Below are positions 38,481-52,200 of a DNA stretch of 64,000 nucleotides, piece after piece. Position numbers and translations under genes: made by a program. The DNA lies in the NCBI GenBank assembly GCA_030264375.1, contig JASCQW010000146.1, positions 26,798,570-26,862,569 on the forward strand, given 5' to 3'. Numbering within the stretch: the first letter of the stretch is position 1; the number at the start of each line of letters is the position of its first letter. Source of the stretch: Carcharhinus longimanus. Taxonomy: Eukaryota. Under the pieces are notes generated by a model that worked only from the letters and a program-made list of their open reading frames with translations, was not told where the DNA came from and ran no database searches.

Positions 38481-41059
38481 AGGCTATCCCATTATAGCGA
38501 ATGTTCAATACAGTCAGAATAACTTGTGACACAGAGGAGAGCATTCGGCCTGTGTCTATAGTGGTTCTCTGTGGAGCAAACCAGTCAGTCCAATTCCCCC
38601 AGTCTATCCCCATGGCCCTGCAAATTTACTTCCATCAAGTGTCCATTCAATTTCCCTTTGAAATCACAGGATTATTCCCAGAAAATAAATTGTTGATACT
38701 TAATAGGAGTTACCTGACAAAAGACTCTCAAACTCATGTGGCATGTTTTGTAATTCAAAAGTAAAAACGTGTGTTTTAGTAAAATTTGAAAATGATTTAT
38801 TGAAAATAGACTCCAAGTTCAGTTCAAGCTTTCAACAGGAAGTAGTAGTCATGTGAAGATGACATCAAAACACGAATGAAAAAAACAAGTATGATAGATT
38901 TCCATTCTTTGAAAGAATCACTATAATTTTAGTTTATTGCTAATTTATCTTTTCAAATGCAAGAAATAAAATTTGAGTGAAGGTGGTTTTATGGAAAATC
39001 TGACATGTTAAGCTAATCAACCTCCCAGCCCCATATTAAAAACAAACATTCACATATAGCTCCCAGAATCACATCCATCTGTAGGAATCCAAGATTTTTT
39101 TGAACTTTTCATATTAACAAGTTCAATGGCCAAGCCTTAGAAATATTGCTCAATGTACAGATGATTTACTGTCAATTCATTGGGTGTGACTACTGCAGTT
39201 AGCAATCCTTTATAGCATGTGATAAGAGATCAGCTGAAAGACATGATGACCTAATCTTTAGAGAACTGTCAGAAACTAAGTATCTCAGATGATTAGTTTA
39301 TACCATTAAGCACTTTAGAGTATCATGCTTTTCTTCCTCCACTATCTCCTTTCCTACAAATTTTAGTTTAGAAGTACTACATTGTCCATAATATTCAAGA
39401 CCAATGCAAAAGCAAACATTTACAAGCCTGTACCAGATCTAATGATAGACTGAGAACACAACAGTAATATACAGTTTGCAACAGGAATCCAGATGCCCTT
39501 TGTCTTTTCCAATTTTGTGTTACTTTCACGTGTCCAAGTCAAGCTTTCATCATCTCGGAATTATTTTGCTAACCCAAAACAAGCCTAACAGCATGGCAGA
39601 GCGTCACACATTTTGTTGATCAGAAGCAAAAAGATTTAATAAATTAAATTATTTAGAACTAGATAAATCTTCACTGGAAGAAGTTGCAATGCTCGTGAAT
39701 CAAATCAATTAATATTTGGTTCTTAAAAGTATTTGCTACACACCAAAATTATTGCACATGAAATTAACAGCAAGACCTTTTGTTCAAGCATTATTTAGAA
39801 CCATCCTGAAGGAGAAGCAATAAATGCAATTTTGATTTTATCCCTACAGCAACTGAAATTAAAAGTTTACCAATTCTATTATTCATATTACTATGCAGTC
39901 TCATCAATAAAAATATACATTGCAGAATTACATGACTTTCCACAATAACTAAGGAGGAACATCAACAACTTCAAAACTGTTTAGCCTTGTGAAATGTAAA
40001 CACACTAAAATGTCAAATAACTTTACTAGCAAAACTTTTGCAGCAAACCTGAAAACATGTACATATTGCCCTGACAAATTCAAAACACAGATAACTAACA
40101 AAATTATGGTAAGTGTACTAATAAACATGGATACCTGCGTAAAGCATATTGCTTGTGAGGAACTCATTTTGTTGCAACCACAAAGACACTGCCATCTGGA
40201 TGCTGTCAAAATGTTTACAAAGAAATAAATCAAAGCACACAAGAAATAGGAGAATTAACCAAATGTGCAATTTAACAAAAATGTACAATAGAATGGATAG
40301 GTTTTGATGAGGCATTTTAAAAAGATAGAGATAAATTTGCCAAGGTGAAAATGTTGAAGGAGGGAGATCAAAAGGATGCTGATGAGCTGAAGCCTGCCAT
40401 TAAGAAACAACAGAGGAGATAGGACATACTTGATGTCAGAGGGCTGCTGGATTCAAGCTGCAGGTTCTCATTTCATCTATTCAACCACAGTTACAGCATC
40501 TCCAGCCCATGGCTTCTCTTCTGCACCCACTCTCTCCAACTACCTTTACAGTGCCCTAGATTTCTACATGTCTCCACCAACTATCTCTCTCTCTCCATCC
40601 CTTTCACGCTGCCCGGAGACAGCATTACACTTCACATAACATAACATACCATCCTTCAAACTTTCCTTTCTCTAGTCCCATCTGTTACACAGTGAAAACG
40701 TTACATTCATTCAACTCCAGTCTCTAATGCATGCCCTTCCTCCTTTATACTCATTACTGGCAGATACATCTTCAACTGCCAGAACCCAAAATTCCACAAT
40801 GTCTTCCTTAAACTTACTATTTCATTCCGCTTTTTAAAAACCCATGACGAAAGCCTGTTAATATTCTTTAGCTTCAGTCGATTTTTGTCCAATTACATAT
40901 CTTTGAAGGACCATCAAACCATTTTCCCACATTTAAAGGAAATCATAAATGCAAGTTGTTACTTACTCTCACCACTGGATCTCACCCCTCATCCCGCGCT
41001 TATTTGCACATTTTCAGGGTTTCAAAAAAAGTATGTGCAACCTATTCAAAGGTCTGTAA

Positions 41060-41350
41060 AAGATAAGGAGAACCTACAGGATAAATATAGAGGGCTGTTT
41101 CCACTTCATAGAGAAAACCAAAAATGTGGGGGAGATGGGGAAATACTCTTATAATTAGAGCCAAGCCATTTAAGACTATGAATGTTGGGTCAATTAAAAT
41201 TTTAAAGACTAAAGCTGATGGGATTTTTGTTAGACGCAGAACAAAGGCAAGAAAATGGAGACGAGGTTCAAATCAGCCATGGTCAAATTGAATGGTGGAA
41301 TGGATTTGAAGGACTGAACAGTTTTTGTTCCTGTTCTTACGCTCCTAATC
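41060..41350 (+). mobile_element. Degenerate CR1 3' end
   Basis: cagccatggtcaaattgaatggtgga..gaaggactgaa..tcctgttct tail motif. Confidence 0.55.
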
Positions 41351-44300
41351 CAGCACATCTGCTTCTTATGATGCAATCTCCTCTAGCTTGGGAAGATGAA
41401 AGATAGATGGAATAATCACTTTGCAAACTATGAGCTGCAAATGTAACTCCCTCGTTTTAAGTTATCCATTTTTATATTCTACATTGTTCCAAAGAAATTC
41501 AACATAGCTATCTAGGTTGCATCCCACTATTGGACCATTCATAACTGTTGGCTTTAATATCAACTTTACTCATTTGAGACTTAATTCTGCTGAAAGACCT
41601 TTAAGTGAAACGTTAATTTGTCAGTTTCCATCATAGGATTGATTGAGTATTTAAGATTTTATGTTTTTATTAGAAGTATTTGTAATTTTGTGCTTTCAGG
41701 GCCAGAGGAGCCAAGTAAGTCAGAAGGGACAGACGTGTAAATTGGACAAGCTGTGACATACTGCAAGCTTGTGTTTTTTCTACACCAGTTCATAATGTGC
41801 CTAAACCACTGAGACAGATGGATTTCAGTTCCCACGATTGCTGTCATCATAAGTTAATAAGCACTGCCACTTTTCCTTATTTTCCTTATTAGTATTTGCA
41901 TACTACAGTGAAGATCTTTATTCTGGGTATCAGTTTCAACTTTACGATTGGATTCAGTAATCCAGGTCAAAAAGAAATTTAGACCTGGGTTCCCATTCTG
42001 CTGGCTCTTGCTAGAACACACATCAAGTAAGGACAAGGTTGGGCTTAATGGCAAGAGTCCTTTGGTCAAAATCACTTGTCATTCACTAACTGCATTCACC
42101 CATAAAGAATGGTTATTGTCACCATTGAATTGCTAATTGATGCATTCAGCAAAAGGAGCAAATTGGCACAGAATCCCCCCAAAAAACTATGTAACAATAT
42201 ATTTTGTCATTATTTATTTGTGCACTTGATCAGCATAAAGGAAATGCAATCAATGATTTTAAAAACTAAATTTCTGGAAAGACTCAGCAGTTCTGGCACC
42301 CTGTATGGACGGAGAAAGTTAACATTTCAAGTTGATGACCCTTCATCAGAAATTATACTGTGCATTTCCAGTATTTTCTGGTTTGATTTAGATTTCCAGC
42401 ACCCGTAGCATTTGCTTTTGTAGTTCCAATTTAATAAGTGTATTTCTTTCATCAGGTTGAATGCGTGTGGGACTATTTGATACGCCAAGTGTATCACAAT
42501 CAAGGTATCAAACAAGATTTTGTATTTGAAAATTCAGGTCACTAAATTTAACACATTTTATATGTGGAATAGTAAAGTTTCTGCCCTCCTCTCCTGAAGG
42601 CAACTATTCATTGGGTTTCTAGCCAAAGCCTGCCAGTACCCTACTCACATTCCCCATCTGAAGACCAGTTGTTACATAAGCAGTACTACAGAAGACTGGA
42701 TCACAGAAGGAAATCTAGCTAATTCGAATACACAAAAGATGCCCTTACCGATGTTTCCTGATGTCACGACATAGCAAGCAGGAATATGTACCCTGGTTGG
42801 ATTTTTCTTTTTTTTTTTGCATATGAATGCTGGGAAACGCAAACCGTAATATTGCAATCACAGCCCTGACTGAGATTAGCTGATTCACAGCAGGGTGATC
42901 TGAACTTCCCAGCCAAGATACCTCCATAAAAATGTCACACCACATTTATCAGACTTCAAGAAAACAGAAAAAAAAATGTACACCAGAGGAAATGAAGCCA
43001 TTCAGCAAATACTGCAGATGTATGGACAAGTAGAAAGTGGAGATTGGATCTGTAAGCAGCACTGAACTCTCAAGTTTAAAATTTCAGCGTCAGTAAACAG
43101 AACAGTATTAGCATTTTGCTATCCATGATCAACTCAAAACCAATTTAACTGATGCCAGGCCACCAACTGAGGTGGACAGCGTATTTTACAAATTAGGACT
43201 CTCACCCATACAACAGTTGTTGGGTTGGGTGATCTCTCATTTTTATGTACATATGAAACAGCAGCTGATTTCCATCCTCAATAAAAATATACACACATTC
43301 AGCATTAAGAGGTTACCGAAACCAAATCATTTTGGGAATCTTGATCAAAGGATGCTTTAAGATTACAGACATGTTGCTGACTAGGTTCAAAGATCTGTTG
43401 CTTTCAACTATCCAGGACTCCAAACACATGTACATTGTTGCTGCACAATAATGTAGGTCATCTATTCTCACATTAGGATGGCACTTTCTGATATGAATGA
43501 GACATTAATCTCAAGTATTTACTCCACATCTTCATATTAACAATTGAGCCCAATGCAATACATCGAAGTCACTCACCAACAGGGGGGAAAAAAATCTACA
43601 TTTACAATAAACAGCTGCTTCAACCTGAAGAGTCTTGGAAGCCAGTAAACACTTTGGAAACTATATTTTCATTGCTTACAATTCTGTGCAGCATTGCAGG
43701 CTGTACATTAAAATTATGCCATGTGGCAAGGCATTGCTTGTTCGGCAACTGAGAAGAATGAGCAGTCAATATGAATCTTACCAAGAAATCAGGCACCAAC
43801 TTGAGATGAAGATGTCACCCCAAGCAGACACATACAATTATTAGGGCCTGTTATATCAAAATGTAATCTGGAATATAGGATTACATCATCTGCACAAACT
43901 CAAAGGCAGAGGGTCAGTGTACATTAAAAAAACATACCCTGTTGTGTTTCCAATAGAGGAAAATTCTCTCAAAATAATTAAAAATAAGTTCCAAGTTGGC
44001 TTTTCACATTTGTATTTCAAACATTTTTTTAATGTGCAGAAGTATTCTGCTTCTGAACATTTACTTTCATAGAAACAATGCTACTGCTTTAAACCAATAT
44101 TTACATTCTCAAAATAAATTCTTAATGGTCCATAACCATTTGTCCCAACAACTGGGATTTAGTAACATTTAGAATAGGTTCCTTGTTCTACTTTAAAAAC
44201 TATTAACAAGATCTTTTGCAGTACAGTAAAATAAAATACATAAAATCTCATTTTACATGACACTTGATCAATAAGGAGCCACAGATTAAATGTTGCTAAA

Positions 44301-44569
44301 TGAAAACTAGGTATCTTAATCTGAAAACCTGAAAGCAAGTCCTGACAAATAAAATAGCTGAAATCTGGAATTAATACATTGACATCCTGAAGAGGATTTC
44401 AGGTGTGTAGTTCTCATTGGGAGGGTGTCATAATGTTAGAAACACATTCAAATCTGTACAGAGTCTCATTTATAGAAGCGCACGTCTCCAATGAACGCAT
44501 TTCTGTGTCTGTTACATGCGCACAAAAATGTTTGGCCAGTTTAAGCCTGCAACATTTTGAAATGAAATA

Positions 44570-46460
44570 ATTCACAGGATGTGAGAATCATTGCCAAGAC
44601 CAGAAATAACTGTCCAAACCCAGTTGCCCTCGAGAAGGCAATGGTGAGTAGCCTTCTTGAACCACTACTGCCCATCAAATAAAAGTGTTCCCACAGTGGA
44701 GTCACATAAGAAGTTTCAGGATTTTAACCCAGCAATGAAGAAAGAATGGCAATATATATTCATGTTAGAAATGGGTTGCAAATTGGAGAGCAACTTGAAG
44801 ATGGTGGTGTTCCTATTATCTTCTGCCTTGTCTTTCTAGATGGCAGAGTTCACTTGTTTGGGAGATACTGCCCAAGAAAACTTGTGTCTCTGCAGTATAC
44901 ATTGTAAATGGCACAATGTTGCCATAGTGTGCCAGTGATGACATGCCAATCAAGGAGGATGCTTTGTCCTAGATGGTGTTGAAGTTCAGTGCTGCTGGTA
45001 CTGCATTCATTGAGGCAAGCAGAGATTAGATNNNNNNNNNNNNNNNNNNNNNNNNNNNNNNNNNNNNNNNNNNNNNNNNNNNNNNNNNNNNNNNNNNNNN
45101 NNNNNNNNNNNNNNNNNNNNNNNNNNNNNNNCAGATCAGCCATGATCTTACTGAATGGCAGGGCAGGCTTGAAGAGCTAGATGGCCTACTCCTGCTCCTA
45201 TTTCTTATATTATGTTCTTAAGTGCCTTGCAGATGGTGGAAAGATTTTAGGGAGCCATCAAATGACTTATTCCCCACAGAATACCTAGCCTGCTCTTGTG
45301 GCCACAATGTACGGCTTAAGTTTGCATGTTAATAGTTGGAACTAGATGGTTAGTCTCTCTCTTGAAAGTGATAATTATCTGACATGAATGTTACTTGCAC
45401 CTTAATAGCTCAAACCTGAACACTGATCATTGCTTGTTGCACAGGGGAAATGGGCCGCTTCATTATCTCAGAATTATGAATGGAACAGAACACTGCAATC
45501 AAAAAATGAATACCCACTTCAGGCCTTGGGATGGGGGAGATAATCATGGATTAAGAAGCTGCAGATGATTGGACTCAGGATACTGTCCTGAGGAACTCCT
45601 GCTGCAAGATGGCGAGATGATTGATCTTCAACAACCCATGTTCTTTCGTGCTCAGTATGACTCGAGCCAATGGAATTATCTCCTCCCAATTTCAGTTTTT
45701 ACTAGGTTATTGAAGAGACAGACACAGACATGAGTTGGCAAAGGCAATCACACACACCTTACCACAAAGTCAGCTCTCTTGTCCATGTTTGAGATCCAAA
45801 GCAGAAGGAGCCCAGTGGAACCCAAACTGAGTATCGTTGAACAAGTTATTGGGAAGTAATTGCCATTTGATAGCACAGTTGATAAACATCTTCCATCACT
45901 TTGTTGGTTGACAATCAGCTGACAGTGTATTATCTGGTTGGATTGAATTTATCTTTTTGTGGACAGACTGTACCTGGGCTATATCCCACATTGTAGGGTA
46001 GATGACAATGTTGTAGCAGTAACAGTTTGGCTGTGGCACAACGAGTTTTGGGAACAACTTCAACAGATGTTGTTAGATCCCATTGCCTTTGTTATATCAG
46101 TTCTCCCAGGTGATCTGGGTCAATTAGTTGCAAGTGGGGGCAAGTAATAGTTCGATGTGAGAAGCAAAAGGAGGAGGAATAATCCATTATTTGCTTTTAA
46201 ATTTTTAGTCAAAGGGTTGATGGGTTTTTGATAAGAGAGGGGATTAAGGGTTATGGGGAGAGGGCCGGAAAGTGGAACTGAGCCATGACANNNNNNNNNN
46301 NNNNNNNNNNNNNNNNNNNNNNNNNNNNNNNNNNNNNNNNNNNNNNNNNNNNNNNNNNNNNNNNNNNNNNNNNNNNNNNNNNNNNNNNNNAATGGCGGGG
46401 CAGGCTCGAAGGGCCAGATGGCCTACTCCTGCTCCTATTTCTTATGTTCTTGTGTTCTTA
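44570..46460. mobile_element. Minus-strand L2-like LINE fragment with nested plus-strand CR1 tails around gaps
   Basis: Same family as 2870-3600. CR1 tails (aatggcggggcaggctcgaagggccagatggcctactcctgctcct) at 45132-45220 and 46391-46460. Confidence 0.65.
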
Positions 46461-47291
46461 TGTTCTTTAAGTTACAAAGTTAATGTGCAGAGTGGGCAGG
46501 GCAAGCATTTAATCCATCCTCTTGCTTGCTCCAAAAAAAAATTAAAGCTGAATCAAATTCTTGATCCTCACAAGACAGATGTACAAGATCCAAGCTGACA
46601 TCTGATTTTAGCCAAAAGATCTGATCATGGTTTCACCCTACCATTGTATAGACATCTATTCACAAGCAGATCAAAACCTCTTACGCATATCCCATGGATC
46701 TCATTTCTCTAGTGCTAATTCAGAAATCTGGAATATTTTATTTTGTTTCAGCTAAATTTAAGATTGTTGACAAGTAAAAATATGAAAAGAAAATAATATC
46801 TCCAATCCAAAGATGGCAATATATTCTCAGCTTCTCTTTGGTTCAGCCTTTGACCAATTCCTGTCAGAAGACTTTGCAGATAAGCCCCATTGCTTTAGGT
46901 AATAAACATTTCTGTGGACTGTAAATTCTAAAAGTAGGAAAAACTGATTTACAAAACTTCCTAAAATGTTATGCACGGCATTTGTTTCTAACTCAGGCAT
47001 TTCTGCATCAAAATTACAAACACCAGTCCAAATTTTCAAACAAAATGCATCCATTATATACAGACAAAAAGATGGTGAAATTCACTACAGGCAGGCTGAG
47101 TTGATATTTGGTTCAGTTTATATTCACAAATGGAAGACAAAAAAAGGAATACAATGCACAGTTATAGTTTTTCTGAGCCTGTTAAGTACACTAGAACCAA
47201 ATGTACACACTTCATCTATCTTAAAAATTCTACCCATTGTAATAAGCTAAATCCCCAGTTACAGTAATGAATCCTTGCAAGGATATCAAAG

Positions 47292-48055
47292 AGTGGCACA
47301 ATAGTTAACAATGCAACCTCACAGCACCAGGGACCTGGGTTCTATTCTAGCCATGCTGACTAAATGTGGAGTTTGTGTCTGCATGGGTTTCCTCTGGGTG
47401 CTCTGCTTTCCTCCCAAAGACCAAAGAGGTGCAGGCTAGGTGGATTAGTTGTGCAAAATTGTCCCTTAGGTTAGGGGGATAAGCAGGGCCAATATATACA
47501 GTTATGGGGATAGGTAAGATGCTCTGTCACAGAGTCAGTGCAGACACGATGGGCTGAATGACCTCCTGCTGCACTGTATGGTTTCATATTCATAGAATCC
47601 CAAGTTGATTAATGGAGACACCCAGTAACTAATTAACTGGCAGAACAGGCTTGAGGGGCTGAATGGTCCACTTCAGTTTCTATTGATGTTAAACTGAATT
47701 TTAAAAATCAAGTCTACATATTCTGATACAATTCCATAAACAAAATGATTGAATCAGAGGCAGAGTGGTGGCACAATGATTAACACTACTGCCTCACAGC
47801 ACCAGGTCCTGGATTTGAATCCCAGCTTGGGTCACTGTGTGGAGTCTGCATGTCCTCCCCACATCTGCCTGGGTTACCTCCAGGTGCTCCGGTTTCCACT
47901 CAGTCCGAAAGACATGCTGTTAGGTGCATTGGCTATGCTAAAGTCTCTCTCGGTGTACCTGAAAAGGCACCAGAGTGTGGCCACTGGGGGATTTCCAAAG
48001 CAACTTCATTGCAGTGTTAACTTAAGTCTGCTTGTGACACTAATAAATTAACTTT
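47292..48055 (+). mobile_element. Two HE1-like SINEs (47292-47590; 47765-48055)
   Basis: tRNA-like heads gtggcaca..ttaaca..cctcacagcaccagg and body gggtttcctctgggtgctc. Confidence 0.8.
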
Positions 48056-49659
48056 AAACACCTGCACTATATCCATACAACTTTAAAGATTTATTTTGAA
48101 CAATTTAAAGATATTTAAAATATCTTAATAGAAGTTTTGACACAAGGCTTGACTACAAACAAGCCATAACTAATGCCACACAATAACGACGTGAAATGCA
48201 CTCTCGTCGGCAATCTCGTCTTAGTACCATCGCTATTTAAAACTCAAATTCTAAGCTATAAATCACAAACTGCTCATCACCGCTTAAAATCATGCGTCCT
48301 GCTTTTCGCAAGATTCAATTCGTTGACGTTACTATTTGAAGCAACTTCTGCTTATTCCTTAAAGCAATCCCAGGCCTCCTTGTCAATGCGCATGTACTGG
48401 TTGAGTGGCTCAGTCCCAGCAGCTCACGTTAAACTGTACTCAAGGCTCCTAGTCAGAGCTCTGGGAGGGAGGAAGGCACAGGAATACTGCATTGGTGTAA
48501 CGGGTTCAATTTGACCTTTAAAACACATTTCAGCAGATACGAGTCTATTACGATAGGTAACGTGCAATTGGGTCTCTCTTCAGGAACGTTTGTTAAATTC
48601 TGAATGCTGTGAAGTACTCACCGCTGCAGGTATAGTGACTTCAAATCCAACTATACGCTTAAATTACATTATAAAAAAATCAGGAACAACCTCAACGTGC
48701 TTTAAATGCAGTAGGAAGTTAGCGTGCAGAAAGGGCATAAACACATATTTATCTGCGGTTTCTGGCATTCTTAAGAAATCTCAACTGGAATAAAACTAAT
48801 CGAGTTTCGTTCTGGAAATAGTGTGGTAGTGTGCACTGATTTAGCCCACAGATTTATTACATCACCAGAGCAAGAAAATTCTAAGCAATCTCACTTTGCC
48901 CTCAAACATCCTCTTCCTTTTGTTCAGCAAAAGTCTGAACTTGTAATGCAGCCGCCTCCCTAGGCGAGTCTGTCACACCTTGTTCGCCCAGCAGGATAAA
49001 ATAACAGGTTCCAGGTTTGTGGGGAGAAGATTAAAATTAAAATGTTACCTACAAATCTAACCGTTCACCTGGGTGAGCAATTTATCCATAAACGCGGTAC
49101 ATTTAAAACTAAATCAAAATGGTTATTTGCTGATAAAGACAAAGAGAATAATCTACTTTCCAGACAAAAAAGGCATCGAGATTAGGCGATTAGTTAATAT
49201 CAGGGAGAAAAATAATGCATGAACATTTTTTAAAAATCCGACCAGGCACATCGAATACAACAAATAACAAAACCAGCTGAAACCTCCCCCCAGTAAAATT
49301 TATTTCGGAAATGAGCCCTAGCGTGAAAACAAAAACACTCGGAACTGTCACATGAATAAGAAAAAGGGCGTCATGAATTTAGGGAAGAATTATGCCCAAA
49401 CAAAACCGAGAATCAAAACCCTCCAGGACTTGACAGCATCTTTCTCTTTCTATTTTCAACTTGGAGGCATCTGAACAATTAATACTGGATTTGTGCCACT
49501 TACAACAACAAAAACAACCTTCTCAGCGATTAATTAACACCTCGGGAGTAGATGAAAAGGAACAAAAAAAGAGATTTAAAAAATGTACAGTTATGGCAGA
49601 TATATGCCAGTGCTGCTGCGAATGTGAACATGCAAAAAGGTGAATTTCCATTTCTGTGT

Positions 49660-50330
49660 CTGTGAGCGTCTTGAAGGGATGCCGTGTTGGGAGGTACGCC
49701 TCGAGGAAGCGGTTGTTCCAAGGGGAAAGCTGTTCATTACCTTTGTACCGCTCCAAGACGTCCTCATAGGCCTGAACATACTCCTTCTCCTCGGCGAAGG
49801 TGGTTGGTATCTGACCCGGCACATAGCCGGCCATGGTGGCAGCGTTCCGGCCGCAATCGTGGCCGCCTCCCCGGTACCAGAGATCGGCCGGCCGCTCTCT
49901 CTCTGTCTCTCCTCGCCCACACGGAGTTAACCGGAGTTTCCCGGGCTCACTCCAACCAGCCTTGCAGGATGTGAGTGGAGATTGCAGCGGACTCCCAAGT
50001 GAGCTTTTTCCCGGGGATGAGTCTCCGCCCCGCCGATTCCCAGCTTCTTTTTTTTCACATTTATTTTTGCTGATGAATGGTTTAGTCCCCCCCTCCCCCG
50101 CCGCCGGCGAATTGTTTGGCAGCGCCGCCCGGAGTCTGACTCACTCTCTCTCTGTGTCTGTCGCGCACAGGCCAACCACATTCCCTAGGAGCTGGGGAAT
50201 CAGAGCGCCGCCTCTGGCCTCGCGCCGGCCCAGCGGCTGCGCACAGCACCCTCCCCGCCCGCGCGAGCAACCGCCAACTGCCGGGGCTGGAGTGAAGGGG
50301 AGGCTGGGGGGAAGCAAGTTCGATAATGTC
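49660..50330 (-). promoter_or_regulatory. CpG island promoter / 5' UTR of spectraplakin isoform
   Basis: Sharp local rise in GC and CpG. GC boxes (ccccgccc ~50253, cccccgccgcc ~50095) and (TC)n tracts. Covers the ATG exon. Confidence 0.85.
49741..49834 (-). CDS. MACF1: First coding exon of spectraplakin isoform 1 (MACF1 favoured; DST possible)
   Basis: Perfect Kozak gccaccATGG; MAGYVPGQIPTTFAEEKEYVQAYEDVLERYK+G|gtaatg (phase 1). Matches recalled MACF1/ACF7 isoform 1 (EKEFVQAYEDVLERYK|DERD) and DST isoform 1 (MAGYLSP..EEQEYLQAYEDVLERYK|DERD). Family assignment is strong; paralog assignment is less certain. Confidence 0.8.
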
Positions 50331-50332
50331 AG

Positions 50333-50622
50333 GTGAGATTATGGAAGGATCAACCGCCAAAGTGAGATTCTGCAGAGATCAACCAATTACATCACTGCCA
50401 AAGTGAGATTATCCCAAGATCAACCAATTACATCCCTGCCAAAGTGAGATTTCTGCAGAGATCAACCAGTTATATCATCATCAAAGTGAGATTCTGCGGA
50501 GATTAACCAATTACATCGCTGATGAAGTTCGGTTATTGGAAAGATCAACCAATTGCATCACTGCCAGGTGAGATTCTGCAGAGATCAATCCATCACATTG
50601 CTGCCAGGCATCATTATGGAGA
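50333..50622. repeat. 41-bp minisatellite, left block (~7 units)
   Basis: Unit gtgagattctgcagagatcaaccaattacatcactgccaaa starts at 50362, 50403, 50444, 50486. Confidence 0.92.
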
Positions 50623-50624
50623 TT

Positions 50625-51660
50625 TATGGTGGCATAGTGGTACAGTGGCTAGCACTCATAGCGCCAGAGACCCGGGTTCGATTCCTGACTTGGGTCACTG
50701 TCTGTGCGGAGTCTGCTTTGGTTTCCTCTGGCTGCTCCACTTTTCTCCCACATGGAGTACTGTGTATAGTTTTGGTCCCCTTATTTGAGGAAGGATATAG
50801 TGACACTGGAGTCCATTCAGAGGAGGTTCACTTGATTGATTCCAGAGATGAGGGGATTGCCTTAATAAGAGAGATTGAGCAGTTTAGACCAATACTTTCT
50901 AGAGTTTAGAAGAATGAGAGGAGATATAATTGAAGTATATAAAATGATAAAAGATATTAACAAGAGTAGCTGTGGAGCAGATGCTTCCTCTTTTGGGGCA
51001 ATCTAGAACAAAAGATCATAGTTTTAGGAAAAGGGGAGCAGGTTTAAAACAGATGTGGAGAAACCATTTCTCTCAAAGGGCAGTAAATCTATAGCATTCA
51101 TTACCCCAGAGTGCAGTGGATGTCAGGACATTGAGTAAATTTGAGGGGGGGGGGAAACAGACAANNNNNNNNNNNNNNNNNNNNNNNNNNNNNNNNNNNN
51201 NNNNNNNNNNNNNNNNNNNNNNNNNNNNNNNNNNNNNNNNNNNNNNNNNNNNNNNNNNNNNNNNAGGGGGGGGGGGAAACAGACAAATTTTTAATTAGTT
51301 ATGGGTCGAAGGATAATGGAGAACAGACAGGAAAGTGGAGTTGAAGCTGAGACAATGGCAGAGCAGGTTCAAGGGGCTGAATTGCATACTCCTGCTTTTG
51401 GTTCTTTTTAAAAATTAAATAAGCCTTCAATTTAAGATAGAGATGAGGAGAAATTTCCTCCAAAAATGTCATTAGTCTATGGAATTGTTTTCCCCAGAGA
51501 ACAGTGGAGACTGGGTCATTGACTGTTTTTAAGGTTGAGTTGAATAATTCTTGACTGACAAGGAAGTCAAAGATGAAGAGGCCACAATCTGATCACCCAT
51601 GATTTTGGCAAAGGGTGGAGCAGGCTCAGTCAATGTCCTACCCCTGCTCCTAATTTGTAT
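50625..51660 (+). mobile_element. HE1 SINE head (50625-50752) plus CR1 3' fragments, inserted into the minisatellite
   Basis: ggtggcatagtggtacagtggctagcact..gggttcgattcc; CR1 ggagtactgtgtatagttttggtccccttatttgagg. Confidence 0.85.
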
Positions 51661-51667
51661 GTTTGTG

Positions 51668-52200
51668 GGTGTGATTATAGAGATATCAACCATTCACATC
51701 ACTAGAAAATTAGAATATGGTAGGATCAACTAATCACATCATTGTCAGGTAAGATTATCATGAAATGTTTCAATTGCATCACTGCCAGGTGAAATTACAG
51801 GGAGATCAACACATCACATCACTGACAAGTGATACTATGGGGCGATCAACCAATCTCATCATTGGAAAGTGAGGTTATGAGGGTGGGAGTGGGGGTCAAG
51901 CTATCACTTCACTGCAGGATGAAATTCTGGTGAGTTCAATGCATCTCATTGTCATATGAGATTATGGGGAGATCAACCAATAGTATCTCTCTGAAATGAG
52001 ATCATGGGACGATCATCTGATCTCATCACTGGCAGATGAATTCATGAGGAGCTGAGCCAACTATATCACTGCTAGGTACAATTATGGAGAGATCAACCCA
52101 TCACATTATTGCAGTTGAGTTTATGGGGAGACTAACCAATCGCATCACTCTAAAGTGAGATTATGGGGAGGTCAAACAATCTCATCACAGCTAAATGAAA
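51668..52200. repeat. 41-bp minisatellite, right more-diverged block (~13 units)
   Basis: Repeated gtgagattatggggagatcaaccaatc.catcact-like units. Confidence 0.85.

Noticed and set aside
42749-42860. Phase-1 donor G|gtaagg with a short open frame
   Set aside because: No in-frame ATG before the upstream stop, so it is not supported as a coding first exon.
49530-50360. Multiple overlapping ORFs (e.g. 167 aa at 49833-50336, +)
   Set aside because: A by-product of the GC-rich CpG island. Only 49834-49741 has homology, a Kozak context and a donor.
51145-51290. 100-N gap as the chimeric join between the two genes
   Set aside because: Both flanks carry the same aggggggggggaaacagacaa sequence (overlap), and the CR1 and the 41-bp array continue across the gap, so it looks contiguous. 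Not fully excluded.
50333-52200. CRISPR-like regular repeat array
   Set aside because: The units are tandem with no unique spacers, there are no cas genes, and the context is vertebrate. It is a minisatellite.
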